Source: Amoebophrya sp. A120
Lineage: Eukaryota > Protista > Dinoflagellata
Assembly (NCBI GenBank): GCA_905178155.1
Contig: CAJINV010000027.1
Span: 123,697 to 187,696, forward strand
DNA length: 64,000 bases
Direction: 5' to 3'
Part shown: piece after piece, positions 49,477 to 63,300 of the stretch
Position numbering within the stretch: the first letter of the stretch is position 1
How the letters are laid out: every line of letters starts with the position of its first letter
Program-made: the position numbers and the translations under genes
The notes under the pieces: generated by a model
What the model was told of the DNA's origin: nothing
Seen by the model: only the letters and a program-made list of their open reading frames with translations
Databases searched by the model: none

Positions 49477-52463
49477 TAACTCCCGCAGAGGGAGCGAAAG
49501 AGCACGGCCCGAGCAATTGAAACTGTCTTGATTTGCATGAAAGGGGCCCGAAAGTGAAACGCTCAGCGCTCCCCGGAATCGATTCAAATAAAACGCGAAC
49601 GCCTGCCGGGGCGGTTGGCAAAAGAAAGACAGGGAAGCGACCAGGGGCCGGCGCCTTGGGGACGGCGACGGCCCTCCCGGCGCCTGCGCTCCCAGGGCGT
49701 GACAAATAGCAGGCAAGGCGGCCGCCGCAGCCGGCTCTGTCTTCCTTGTGCCCGTGCCGCGGCCGCTGCGTAGTTGTGTTGGTTGCTCTGAGTTTCATTT
49801 CGTGCCGCCCTGCGAGAATTTGCGTGGCTCTGGGCGAGCGGGCCGGACGCCCGTGGTACGTAGGGGGCGCCGAGTCTCCGCGTCCTTGCTTGGTCGCTGC
49901 GCCTTGGCCGTTGCTGGCGCGCTGCTCTGCGTTGCATTTCGCGCCGCCCCGCGGGAATTCGTCTGGCCCTGGGCGAGCGGGCCGGGCGCCAGTGCTAGGG
50001 GGCGCCGAGTCAGTCTCCGTGCCCTGGTCTGGCCGCTGTGTCGTTGCGTTGGTTGGTTCGTGTTTCTGAGTTGCATGTCGCGCCGCCCCGCGGGAATTTG
50101 CCTGGCCATAGGCGAGCGGGCCGGGCGTCAGTGGTAGACTAGAGGGCGCCGAGTTTCCGTGCCCTCGCTCGCCTGGCCGTTGCGTCTTTGTGGTTCGTAT
50201 GTAGTGAGGTCGCCGCACGGCTCTAGCCCGCCAGGGAGTTTTTTTGCCATATACCGTGAAAAACGGGCGGCGCGCAGTTTTCAATCGGCCGGCGGTGTTT
50301 TTGAACATAAAAAGCTTTCGTTTGTCAATCGGCTCTGGCTGACCTGGCACCGAATCGCCAGCGGATTCTNTCGGCTCTGGCTGACCTGGCACCGAATCGC
50401 CAGCGGATTCTATCGGTCGCCGATCTAAAAAACGACGCAGAGGAGTCAGCAAAAGGGGCGCCATTCTGAGGCGCCTGGCGCACCTAATTCCGCCGATTTG
50501 GGGCGCCCTAAAAGGGGCGCCGAAAAAGTGCGAAGGCGGCAAAAGCTTCGAATCCGCATGCTTTGCGCGCCATTTTTGGCCACTTTTCGAGGTCGCAAAG
50601 ACGGCCAACAAAATCGGGCATCTGTAATGTGGGGAGCAATCCAAGGCGCGCGACTTTTCAGCAAAAAAAAACAAAAAGCGGAAAGCTCGCCAAAATCTTA
50701 AAGCCAATCAAGCAATCCGCATGCCATGGGCCCGATTTGGGGCGCCCAGGGGGCCGGGCTTGGTGGGGGCCCTTGGGTGGCTATAGCACGCGGGAAAGCG
50801 TCTCGGTTCAGGAGGCGGCGGGGGCGCGGCTTTTCAACAAAAAAACCAAAGGACGCAAACCCCGCCAAAAGCAGCAGGCCCGCCCGCATGCTATTGGCCC
50901 GATTTTGGGGAGAGTGTGTGAAAAGAGGAAAAAGGCCCGGCGTCGTCCAGTCTGTCAGAAAAAACCCGCGCGACCCCACTACCCCCGCCTCGGCGGCGAT
51001 ATTTGGCAGCTCTGAGTTGCATGCCGCGCCGCCCCGCGGGAAAGAAGTTGCCTTGTCATGTCGTTTTCGGTCGAGCCGGAGACGAGTCGCAAAAGAAGCG
51101 AAATGGTGTCGCCCAATTACGAAAGGCCGGAAAAGTCCACCAACATAGTGCGGCCAGGGTTTCTCGCGTGATTTCGCGCCAGCTGCTTCGGTTTCGATCG
51201 GCCCCGGGCACGCCAGTGCCATGCCCGAAGTAAGATTTGCGCCGGTTTAGCCAATGACGTCGAGAGACAAAGGAGAAAGGCTTAAACGCTACAACCCGCG
51301 CACTCGCTTGCCGCCTTCTTCGCGCGCGATGGATTGCGCCCCATTTCGTCACGTTTGCGCCTGTATTAGGCCTAGCGGGCGCGTGTTGGCCAGCTGTTGC
51401 GCTACCGCTCCAACATGGGGCACGGGTGTAGTTTGGATTGCAATGCAAGCGCATTCCGCTGCTTTTTGCGTTGTTTGGGCGTTTTTTCTGCCCCTTCGTC
51501 GCTTGCTAGCTAATAGACTTGGCGAGACCCTTGCGCTTTTGGCTCGTTTGATTATCAGCCGCGCCGGCTTCCCTTGTTTTTCGCCGCTTAATGATGAAAG
51601 GCAGGACAAGTGCAGCAACATGGTGCGCCTGAAGATTTTTCGCGGGCGTGATTTCGCGCCCGAAGCTTTGGCTACGGTTCTGGATACACCAGCACCAGGC
51701 CCGGCCATATTTAAAAAGCCCGGCGAATATCCGCGGAACTTTTTCCGTCGTGTTCTCTATGATTTGCAGCGTTTTTTGTGGTTTTTGCCATCGTTTTGAC
51801 GTTTTTGATCTGATTTGTGCGCCATTTTGCGCGTTTTGAAGCAAAGAAGTCCGCTTTCGGGGTCATTTTGCACCGTTTCGCAAACTATTGACGCAATTTG
51901 CGCGCATTTTGATCCATTTGCACCAAAAAAAGGCAAGCTATGCTAGTTTTCGTGCTTTTTGCTTCGCTTTCGCGGCCATTTTGCTGCTTTTGTTATTGTA
52001 CTAAGCCAAAACAGTACCACTTTTGCCCATTTGCTATACTACTGACTCGATTTGACACAATTTTAACTATTTTGATGCGTTTTCGGTGTCATTTTGCACC
52101 ATTTCCATTGCTATTGACTTAATTTGCGCGCATTTTGTCCCGTTTGCTTTACAAAAACGCAGGCCCGAACCGCGACAATTTGCGAAATCTCGGCGAATAT
52201 TCGCGGGGGTTTTTACCGTCGCACTTTCCCCGATTTGGAGCGGTTTTTGTGGCTTTTGCCATCGTTTTGACGCTTTTGCGCCGATTTTTGCACCATTTTG
52301 CACGTTTTGGAACGACAAAAATTCACCGATTTTCGGTGCATGTGTTGCGTGTTTCGTAACATAATTTATAACTCCCGCAGAGGGAGCGAAAGAGCACGGC
52401 CCGAGCAATTGAAACTGTCTTGATTTGCATGAAAGGGGCCCGAAAGTGAAACGCTCAGCGCTC
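49477..52463. mobile_element. ~3-kb non-coding element bounded by 95-bp direct repeats, with ~139-bp internal tandem units (~49788-50200)
   Basis: 49477-49571 = 52369-52463 (the latter abuts an N gap); follows an introner-like left end at 49319. Confidence 0.6.
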
Positions 52464-52563
52464 NNNNNNNNNNNNNNNNNNNNNNNNNNNNNNNNNNNNN
52501 NNNNNNNNNNNNNNNNNNNNNNNNNNNNNNNNNNNNNNNNNNNNNNNNNNNNNNNNNNNNNNN
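52464..52563. other. Assembly gap (100 N)
   Basis: N run. Confidence 1.
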
Positions 52564-54090
52564 TTCCACCAGGAGCTATCAAATATAAAAATGTCTGGGT
52601 CTGGAAGATTCTGACACTTGTCATGCACGTTTTGCATGAGCCATGATGTCTGTGATGCGTACCCTAGCAATACAGATTTTCTGAGGGCTTCTTGATGCCT
52701 ATTCCGCATGACAAATGCCTTCTCAGCGTAGCAAAAGTTGCATTCCCGTTGGTACTCATGCAATTATACAGATTTTTTTGGAATCCAAAAACAGCATGAC
52801 AAGTTGCAGTTTTCCAGACCCAGACATTTTTGCATTTGATAGGAGCAGGCGTACAGCAAAAAGGCACCATCCTGTACTGGCGTTGCGAGCAAGGACATAT
52901 CGGAGGAAAAATTTCTCCTTCCCATATCGAAGCGGTACGCTTTAGAATATTTGTGTTGCGGATTTGTGGCCACAAATCTTTTTGTCTTGCAAGAAGGCAG
53001 CTCCATAGTCTCCGCCACATTGTGCAGGCGGTTTGTGATGCTGCCGGGACTACAGCGCGGACATTTGTGATGCTAAGCGTGTGCGTCAGAAGCTCTCCTA
53101 CTCAGGCACGGCGTATGCCTCCTGTAGTCCCCTACTGCAAGACAGCTCTGATTTGTGTGCGCCCATCCAGCATCAGAAACTTCGTTTTGATATGGGGGGG
53201 GGGAATTTTTCCTTTCGATGGCACAAAACGAGACAGCAGGTCCAGGTGGAGAAGACGACGAAGAATCTCGCGGAGCAGGCGAAAAAGTCTGAGAAAGAGG
53301 TCGCCGCCCAGAAGGAGCGCGCCCGGGAGATCACGAAACAGCGCGACCTGTGGTGGGATCGAAGAAAAAACGCCGATGCGGAAAGCAAAAGCAGCGCGTT
53401 TTTGAAAGCCCAGCTCGCGGGGAAGAGCATGACCAGTTCCGACGTGTCCAGTGTGCCGATGCTGGGGCGGGGGACGGAGAAAACGAAGGGGCTGATTGTC
53501 TTCGACGAGCAGGACGAACTGGAGGTCGCGACGAAACACAATTCGGATGCAGCTGCCTCCAGCGGTGCGACGGCGTCTGGCGGTGGAGCCCAGAGTAGTT
53601 CCGCCGGTAAAGTAAACACAACTGGTGCAGCCGCCGGTGCGGGGAAATCATCGGCAGCGAAAGGACCATCGAAAGTCGAAGCTATGTACGCGAGACTGCG
53701 GGCGAAGCGGAAAGAAGTAGCGGATGGCGAGACGGGCAATGTATCAAATGTAAAAGTGTCTGGGTCTGGAAGATTCTGACACTTGTCATGCACGTTTTGC
53801 ATGAGCCATGATGTCTGTGATGCATACCCTAGCAATACAGATTTTCTGAGGGCTTCCTCATGCCTATCATGACAAATACCTTCTCAGCGGAGCAAGAATT
53901 GCATTCCCTTTGGTACTCATGCAATACAGATTTTTTTGGAATCCGAACGCAGCATCACAAGTTGCAACACTCTTCCAGACCCAGACATTTTTACATTTGA
54001 TACAATGCGGGTGGAAACGATCCTGCTGGAGGCGGTCCCATGAACGCGAAACGCGCGAAGTTGGAAGAGGCACTACTTGCGAAGAAATGA
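52564..54090 (+). CDS. 3' part of a charged, coiled-coil-like hypothetical protein, truncated by an assembly gap (3 introners)
   Basis: FHQEQAYSKK...KDKTRQQ...ETGNAGGNDP...LAKK* is open after element removal. Confidence 0.55.
52577..52841. mobile_element. Introner family A
   Basis: TIR; DR ggagc/ggagc. Confidence 0.9.
52898..53220. mobile_element. Introner family C
   Basis: TIR; DR ggaca/gcaca. Confidence 0.88.
53742..54002. mobile_element. Introner family A (close sibling of 52577)
   Basis: TIR; DR caatg/caatg. Confidence 0.9.
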
Positions 54091-54504
54091 ATTCTACGGA
54101 AATAAATTCAAACTACCAGCATGAAGAAATATTACCATCGTGGCGACGATCTTCAGTTTTGATATTGCACGATGATTGTTTTACCACTAGCGCAGTTACT
54201 ACAGACACATAGTACACGCACTTGATGTGGTGCGCGTAACACGGGAAAGAGCTCTTTGAGAACAATCGTAGCCATCTTCACCGTGTTCATCTTCTGTTCG
54301 ACTCGATGAAAACAATTCCTATTTGTAAGCTTCGACTGTTTTGCTGGTCCAGCAACGTGAGGACATAATTGCTGCGTTTGTTTCTTTCCTTGTATCATAA
54401 GCTAAAAAATGTGAGTCGCACCTCTACGACCTAGTGCGGACTGGTTGTACTGTGCTTATCTCTTTACAGCACCGGTGAATCAATTTTCTTCTGGTTTCAC
54501 CAAA

Positions 54505-55416
54505 ATGTTGCGGCGTGCACCACATGTAGCTCATGTCTTTTGCGATGTGGAACCACGGCCTGCACTAAAACTGCTCTCTAGTGAAAAGCAGGATCTGCTC
54601 CTTCCTGGAGCCACCGGTCGTGGGGCATGGAGATGGGGCCGTAGAAGTAGCAGGACGGCGCTCTGTATAGTACCAACACCTGCGTCGACCACCACCGCAA
54701 GTAGATCGGTGCCGAGACTGACTACGACAAGATTTCTTGCTTCATCAAAACACGACCCCGGGACGGCGCCGTCGACTAGGCAACCTGAAGACTCAAAACA
54801 GAACCTCCAGATGACGGCTGACGAAAGGAGCGCATTCTACCGACAGGAGGCAGAGGAACGGAAAGGCAGCAGCCGGATTTTCCGGGTGGAAGCGGCGAAG
54901 AATCAGCGGAAAGTTTTGCCGGACGTGGTGCTCGCGAGACTGCAGCTCGAACGCCTGTGCCAGGAGGGAGAGCTGGCGCTGATTCAGGAGGACGTGCGGG
55001 AACAGTACGTGACGCTGGAAAAGATCGACTTGATTTTGGATTACGAGAAGAAAAGCGATACTGGGGAGCAAGTTGAACACATCAACTTTATCACGACCAA
55101 GGAGGAAAAGCACGAGCTCCTTTATCCTGTGCAAAAGTATCGTACCATACTATGTAAATTGCATTACAAATTCACTTAGCATTACAAATTAAATTTGTAA
55201 TGCGGATTTGCCTTGAAAGGGAGATTTGTAATGCATAAACGCAATCAATACGAGTACGATACTTTTGCAATGCACATCCTTGTCGGTCACGCGATCAAGG
55301 CAGACATGCTCTTGGATTTTTACCGCACTATCGCAAACGGTTCGAGCTCATCTGTAGTACGTGAAAAAGCGGCGAAATGTCACCGATTGATCGAGGAGTT
55401 GAAGAGAATTAAATGA
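54505..55416 (+). CDS. 250-aa hypothetical protein with Arg/Ser/Thr-rich N-terminus (possible mitochondrial presequence), 1 introner
   Basis: Spliced length 753 nt; KHELL|VGHAIKADM joins in frame. Confidence 0.6.
55123..55276. mobile_element. Introner family B
   Basis: TIR; DR tcctt/tcctt. Confidence 0.9.
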
Positions 55417-56917
55417 AGAGTGAGAACAAAGGAAATAACTTCATATGTGGTTTCGATTGTGTCTGACGCATCATGTCATGCCGTTCGGAAACAAGGCAGT
55501 GCAGGTGCAAAAATCATGTGTCATAGTACTGGATCCAATCTTGAACGCCGGTTTGTGGGACTGGTGTGTTGAGCGTAGGTTGTTTACTTTTTATCGTGTG
55601 ATGAAGATATTGGGTTTTTTTATTTCTGGGTACAACTAGGCAACCAGGATGCAATATTAGAGTACATATGTTGTGTCATCTGGAGAGGACACCCGTTTGG
55701 TATAATTTCGCACGGGAATATTGTAAAACGAAGATGTGGTTCTTCTTTTGGTCGTGTTTCTGCTCTGTGGTTCTGGTCACGTTCGCAACGGCCAGCACGA
55801 ACGTCGTTACAATAAAAGACGCGTCGAGAAAGACGTCGTTCCCGAAAATTCGTTCATTGTCCATCCTCCTCTCGTTGTTCCATTGTCGATTTAGTACATG
55901 ACTACAAGTTTTGATCGAACCAATGTCAAAAGTGCGTGGACCACGCAGTTCAATAAATGACATTTGATCATCTACTTCCTCGGATCATGACATCAAAGAG
56001 GGAATAGATCTTGTTCTTGACACTAGTACGGACACGCGGAAGATGATGCTTGGAGTTTTTATCTTATAGAATTATGGGGCAAAGACAAAGAGTCCTCCAC
56101 GTCGGCTGTGACACTCCGTCCCTTCGATTGATCGAAATGCTATACCTCAAATAGGGCACAGAGCAGTCCACGTCGGCTTTCTTGGGAATTCTCTCATTGA
56201 TCGAAAAAATACTATGCCTTTAATAGGGCACAGACGTTAGAAAAATAGACTAAACTATGCCTTCGCCCTGGTTAAGTAATAGATGTCCACGCACCTCCCG
56301 CAGTTGGCTAGTACCAATATCGCCCTCCGGGCGCGAAGATCTCAGCTAGAACAATCTTCGAGCAAATGAAACGCTCTCGACGTCCCAGCGACTAGTACAT
56401 CGAGAATGATCTTCGGGGAAAAAAGGCTCCTGTCAGCATATGCTCATGCTGTCCCAAAAGAAATCGCTCAACACTCGTTCCAGAATGCTAAATTTAATCA
56501 GTCGCTATAAAGATGATCTCAAATGATCTACTTAAACTTCTAGTCTCCGGTAATACATTGATCTACTTAAACTGCTATTTTGATTTTACACTGCAATATG
56601 AAGATCTCAAGTAGACACCAACAAAACAAGAAGATGACAAGCGATGAGATATAAGTAGCATATTAACAAACGTGATAAACAGCATGACAAATCAGAGATG
56701 ATAAAGATAAACATGTGTGAAGATGCAGATGAACGACCTGATTTATTCCGAACGCCAATATCCGATATTCCACAGGCCTTGAGTTGTACGTCTTGCACGA
56801 GGACAAACTGTATCCTTCGAAGAATCAGATGAAGAATATTACCCCTATTTTACAATATTTGCATTACAAATTCTGGTGATAGATAGTATTCAGCATTCGT
56901 TTGTTTTGGTTCGGGAT

Positions 56918-57179
56918 TATCAAATGTAAAAATGTCTGGGTCGGGAAGGATCCGAACTTGTCATGCAGATTTTACATGGCCCGTGACGTCTGTGATGTAT
57001 TCCCTGGCATCACAGATTTTCCGAGTGCTTATTGATGCCTATTCCGCATGACAAATGGCCTCCCCGCGTAGCAGCAACTGGACTCCTCTTGCTGGTCATG
57101 CAATACAGATTTTTCTAGAGTCTAAAGGTAGCATCACAAGTTCCAACCCTTCCAGACCCAGACATTTTTACAGTTGATA
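56918..57179. mobile_element. Introner family A
   Basis: TIR; DR gggat/gggat. Confidence 0.9.
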
Positions 57180-57215
57180 GGGATTAACCACAAAGACTAC
57201 CCATCAGGAACGCTA

Positions 57216-57478
57216 TATGGATTGTAAAAATGTCTGGGTCTGGAAGATTGCCAGGTTTGTCATGCATATTTTGAATGACCCATGATGTCTGTGATGCATG
57301 CCCTAGCATCACAGATTTTTAGAGGGCTTTGTGATGCCTCTACTGCATGAGAAATGCCCTCTTCACGTAGCACAGACTGGAGTCCTTCTGCTGGTCATGC
57401 AACACAAATTTTTTTAGAATCCAGAGACAGCATTACAAGTTTAGAATCTTCCAGACCCAGACATTTTTACATTTGATA
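57216..57478. mobile_element. Introner family A
   Basis: TIR; DR cgcta/cgcta. Confidence 0.9.
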
Positions 57479-57963
57479 CGCTACCTTGTGGCGCAAATCT
57501 GAGTGTAGTATTCGAAGCAGTGTCTACTTTTCGTAGAACAAGCGTAAAGCAAAAGCCGGCGAGAGGCTGCAGCGTAGACAGGAAACACGAAAGAGCAACC
57601 GGTAACAAAAGAAAGAGAAATTGATAAAGAAATAAAGCAGCTTCTCCTACTAGTGAACAGAGTAATAATATTACGCTGCTTAATACTAGTAGGAGGTAGT
57701 AGTAGTAGTAGTAGTAGTATTACCCAACAAAACGGGGCAAAACGATAATCAGAAGTAGATGCTATCTATTTATTATCGTTTGTAATATTGCTGCCGGAAC
57801 CGCTATTTGCAGGAGTATTGCTGCCGGAACCGCTATTATCGTTAGTATTTGTAGGAGTATAATATTATTATATTCCTACAAAGGCTTTCAAGTTTTCTCC
57901 TTTCACAAACCCTTCGCAGCAAGCAGCTTGATCAGCTTTCGTTTTTACAAAGCTTTCTATTCA

Positions 57964-58109
57964 GAAAAAGCTCGTCCTCCGCTCTTTTTTCGCAACAAAA
58001 AAAAGTAGTACAGTTTGTTTTACCCTCTGTAAAAGGAAAAAGCTCGTCCTCCGCACTTTCTTCGCAACAAAAAAAAAAGTAGTACAGTTTGTTTTACCTT
58101 CTGTAAAAG
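57964..58109 (+). repeat. Tandem duplication, ~72-bp unit x2
   Basis: gaaaaagctcgtcctccgc...ctgtaaaag occurs twice. Confidence 0.9.
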
Positions 58110-59498
58110 TTTTAGACTTATTCAGCGTTTCTTTCAAATATAGGCCCTTTACAGCAAGACGTTTTTGCCCTTCTACCAGTTGTGTTTCATGTACGAGTCC
58201 AAAGTGGCTCTGTCATCTACTTCAAGCTGGTCTTTTTGTCAAACAAAGTAGCACTATCGTAGAACCAAAAGAAAGAAGACACAATCTTCAAACGGACTCA
58301 AGGTAAGGCACGTAAAAAATAACAAAGAAACAGATGTAAAAACGTAGTTACAATTTTACTTTTGGCACTAAGCTCATATCATTTTCACGGTCAGCACCCA
58401 CTTTTTTCAGAGACTTTGAACCCTTGACGCCGCGAGCGGGAAGGGGAAAGAAAGGTGGAAAGAAAGGGTGTATGTACCAAACACATCTGACAACTCTCGA
58501 TCGCGACTACTTAGACGCACTCTATCGACGACGACTCCAGATGCTTACTCACCTCGTTGTGGCCGCGCATGCAGTTACTTGTCCTATGTACAACTTATAA
58601 ATGAAGCAAGCAAACTTTTCACACTACTATTTCATTTTCCAGCTATAGTAGAGCAAATTTGAGCTTGCTTCTCTATCGGGTTTTGGCGAATTTCGCAGGA
58701 TATCCAGTGTAGATCTTGTGACTTTTTCCTTCCACCGACCGACGAGACAAGTCCTGTCGAAGAGTTTGAAGTGTGAGTAAAACAAAACCGTCCTTTCAGG
58801 TCGCCTTCTCACCAGTTTACGAGAGATACGACAGTGTTAGAATCTCAGCCACTCATTGAGCGATTTTTCGATCCCGGAACAACACCGCGAAAAGAAACTT
58901 ATGCATCTGCAGTTGTCGAAAGAAGGATTTGATTTTTTTTTTTTTTTTGTTTTTGGTTTTTTCGTTTTTCCTGTGCTGATGTGAAGACGTTGAGAGCTGT
59001 CGGAACGGTTCAATCTACATCAATTTTTGGTCGATGCACTGCCCTACCGTGAGCTACTTTAAGCGGCAGACCTTCTTCATCTCAGCTTCGCAAAACCTCA
59101 AAACCCTATTTCGATTGTGCGATGTTGTTTTTTGTTTCTCTGACATCAGAATTCTTTTTTGTTAGCAAACGTGAAGATTGTATTTGTAATGCGAAACAGC
59201 AACTTTTTCCAAAAATACAACCACGTGAAAGATGGAGAGAAGACAAATAACAAAATAATAATAAAGCAAAATAGAACCGTAGAACGTTGACACTGTGTTG
59301 CTGCGGACCCAAAGATGATTTTTCGACTGCGTCGTCGATGAACATCAGTTTTTAATTTTTTCAAAAAATTGCTTTTGTCTTGCAAATTCGATGCACTTTG
59401 GCATCTTGGTACAGCAGAGCTCTTTTTTCCTCTTCGCCATCATCTTCTTTCACCACCATTACAAATTCCACACCCGGCATGTGTGGGCAGTTATGCTT

Positions 59499-59598
59499 NN
59501 NNNNNNNNNNNNNNNNNNNNNNNNNNNNNNNNNNNNNNNNNNNNNNNNNNNNNNNNNNNNNNNNNNNNNNNNNNNNNNNNNNNNNNNNNNNNNNNNNN
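59499..59598. other. Assembly gap (100 N)
   Basis: N run. Confidence 1.
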
Positions 59599-60303
59599 GC
59601 TGAATCGCGTGGCCCAGATCCACCATACCACCGGCGCCCAGTGGAGTGGGTGCTGCGTTTTTAGCACCTCCTTGGCTCCTCCGCATTCAGCTGCCATGCT
59701 GAGTTGCCGTGTGGCCCAGATAAAATTGGGCTTTTCATCCGTAAGTTCAAAGAACTTGCTGCAGGTCGGATTTCGTTTTGCGTTTCAGAATTCCAATGAG
59801 CGGATGATCGTTGTGTTGTTTGCGTTTCATTTCAAAGTCGAGGGCTGACAAGAAGAAGATCTATTTTTATGCCGAAACTACAGCAGTGGGAGTGGAAGCG
59901 GGTCGAAAACTGAATAATAAAAACAGAGCGTCGAAGATCAACGAACCGCGATAACATCATGTAAACGAGGATACCATCGGTCGTCATCTTCAAGATGACT
60001 GTGCAGCTGCAGTCTGGTTGGGAAACCTAAAAGCCTTGTCGTGGTCCTCCCGTTGCTTTGAAAGATCATTCTGGTCGTTATTTGCTGCTTCGTTTATTTC
60101 TCTCCTCGCCCTAGTGGGCCGCCGCTGCTGATGCGGTCTTGCGGGCCGAGGGAATATGATCCGCTGATTATTTCCGGCTTGCAGAGGGGCGGGAGCAGCG
60201 CTGATACCAGACGCAGTCGAACCACCACACCGTGAAATACTAGCTTAACCCGCGGCGCACCGTCATGTTCCACCCCGTCTAGTACAGGAAGCACGTCTCC
60301 GAG

Positions 60304-63300
60304 ATGACGCGTTCTCCGGTAACCCCTCCCGGCGCGGTTTCTGGTGCCAGCGAGGCGGTGCGGCAGCACAACGAAAAATTGATGATGGCCAACAAGAAGT
60401 GCAAAACAGGCCTTTTCGGAGGTGTCTCGGTAGTTGCGAAAAAGTACTCTCCCGCGGTCGTGATGGTAGTCGCCGTGGCGTACTACTACTTCTCTACCCT
60501 CAGTCAGCACCCAGACTCCTTGCCGGAGCACGAGGTAGTCGTTGTAGACCACGGAAATAAAGTAGACAATTCCACCGCGATGAATAAACCAAGCACAGAC
60601 CCATCAACTTCAACAACTCCGTTCGTATTGCGAGATGAAAACTACAAAAACCACACGACGAACGACACAGCTTTGAGGAAAATGATGGACAACAACAAAA
60701 CCCGGAACACGACCACTCCCCTGGACGCTTACCTCCTCAGCATTCTTGCCGAGCAGCAGAAGTACACAAACCTGTTCACCTGGCTGAAAACCGACTGCTA
60801 TCATAGTGAAAAAAACCACCACAACCCCATATTCAAAAGACATAATTTGTGTTGCTGGTTTTGGGTACACAAAGGAACTTTGTATTGCAGCAAGATCTTG
60901 TCGGCATATTCAGTAAGCCCATTTTTTGGGTACTACGCATCCGGCTAGTGCAGCTGAGCATGAGAAACAAGTCTGACCTTAGGCGAAAGCGCATGACAGA
61001 CTTGCTGCACACTGCGCCACATGGGTGCAGCCGTTTGCGTTGTACGCAAGACAAAGTAGCGGATTTGTCGTCACAAATCAGCAACACAAATTCTCTTTTC
61101 GATATGGGGAGGGGGGATTTCTCCTTACGATAACTGCAGCGCGGTCGGCTTGGACAACGTCAGAATCGGATACGCAACCTACTTATCAAATGCAAATATG
61201 TCTAGGTCTGGAAACCTGTGATGCTGATTTGCTGCTGGCTGCAACGCTTGCCATCGCAGCCACGCATAACAACTTTTTGAAACGCCTTCTGATGATCATG
61301 TCCTGCCCGCATTACAAATTTTTGCGTTTTCGCATGACAAAGGAAGCGGCGCTTCTGCTGCTCACGCAACACAGATTTTCTAGGAATTCAAGACACGCAT
61401 TACAAGTTCCACTCTTCCTGACCCAGACGTATTTGCAGTTGATACGAGACCGCTAGAAAAAAAGCTCCTATGCGCGGACTTGTGGCTGCGAAAGATTTGC
61501 GCGCCGGAGAGGACATTGCCTGCATTTCAAGGATATCAAATGTAAAAATGTCTGGGTCTGGAAGAATGCATGTTTGTCATGCTTGTCTGGCATGACTCTT
61601 GAATATGTCATGCACGTTACCCAAGAGCTCTATTTTTCTGTCATGCAGAAACGCAGTTTGTCATGCAGAATAGGCAACACCTAGAAGCTCAGAAACTTGT
61701 CATGCTGGGCCCGCACTTGTGGCCCCATGTTGATACGCCACTCAGCATCACAAGTTTCCAGACCCAGACATTTTTGCATTTGATAAAGGAAGTGCTGGCT
61801 CGGCCCGATCAATATGCCGAAGCGGTACGAATATCAAATGCAAATGTGTCTGGGTCTGGAAGATCTGTCATGCTAGTCTGGCATGACTGTCAACTCTGTA
61901 TTGCGTGCCCGCATCAAAGAGCTCCTCTCACCTGTCATGCAAAAATGCAGTTATTTCTCATGCGGAGTACGCAACTCTGAACCACGGAAGAACTTGTCAT
62001 GCTGGGCAGTGCATTACAGTGTGCTCACTATTTCCTTCCTTGCATCACAACTTTCCAGACCCAGACATTTTTGCAGTTGATAACGAAATGTTGACGAAGA
62101 AGTACCCGGAGGAGTGTTCGACTCGGTCCCCGTTCTCCCTTTGGGTCGCAGAAGAAATGGCCCAAAAGCGCGAAGCTTCGGCGTTTAAGCACTATTTTCC
62201 GATGCTGATGTCCGCGGAAGACTACCTGCGCTATCAACTGTAAAAGTGTCTGGGTCTGGAAGGTTGGAACTTGTGATGCTCACTTTGGATTCTAAAAAAA
62301 TCTGTATTGCATGACCAGCAAGTAGAGAGGTCTCGCTTCTGCTACGTGGGGAGGGCATTTGTCTTCATGCGGAGTAGGCATCAGGAAGCTCTCGAAGAAC
62401 CTGTGATGCTAGGTCGTGCATTACAGACATCCCGGGGCATGCAAAATATGCATGACAAATCTCAGAATCTTCCAGACCCAGACATTTTTACATTTGATAT
62501 GCGCAGCGGTCACCCCATGTACTGGCTGGACGGTGCTGCGCGCGAACTCCGGATCAAGCTGCAGCGGAGGAACAGCACGGAATATCCTGCCCAAAAATCT
62601 CTCCACACCATAGTCAAGTTGGTAAGAGAGTTGTGCATGACAAGTTTCCATCTGCAGTGTAGTGCTGGTTAGCTAGGGAAACCGCATGACAAAGCCACTT
62701 TCTAATCCTGTTTACAGCATTACAAATGACAAACACGATTGGAAATGCCTCTTTTGGAGATGCGTATTACAAATGTTCCCGCCATTGCGCATTGGCATGG
62801 CAACTCTGGGGTGGGGACGTTTTTGCTCAGGATACGGAAGGAGGGAAAATGGAAAAGCGTACACAACAAAACGCGGCAAAAACTACAACAAGCACCGGCA
62901 AAAAAAATGAAGAATATCTAGTGCAAATATATCTGGCTCTGGAAGACACTAACTTGTGATGCTAAGTCTACACAATGTAAAAATCTGTGTTGCATGACTG
63001 CCAGCAGTTGTCCACTTTTGACCAAGTTGCGAGGGAGTTTCTCATGCAGAACCGGCACGGCAGAGATGTCGCAGAATCTGTCATGCCAGGTCTTGCATTC
63101 CAGACCTCATGGGTCATGGAAAATCTGCATAACAAGCTTCCACGCTTCCAGACCCAGACATATTTGCATTTGATAAAACAACGGATGCAACGACGACTAC
63201 AGCGGTGCATCTTCTCTCCAGCGAGCAAGAAGACTCCGTCCGCCCCTGGATGCCACCGCACATATCAACTTGAAAAGTCCCCCCTCCCCATACTCAAGGG

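Noticed and set aside
50329-50411. 41-bp tandem duplication
   Set aside because: Copies are separated by a single N, typical of a contig-join overlap.
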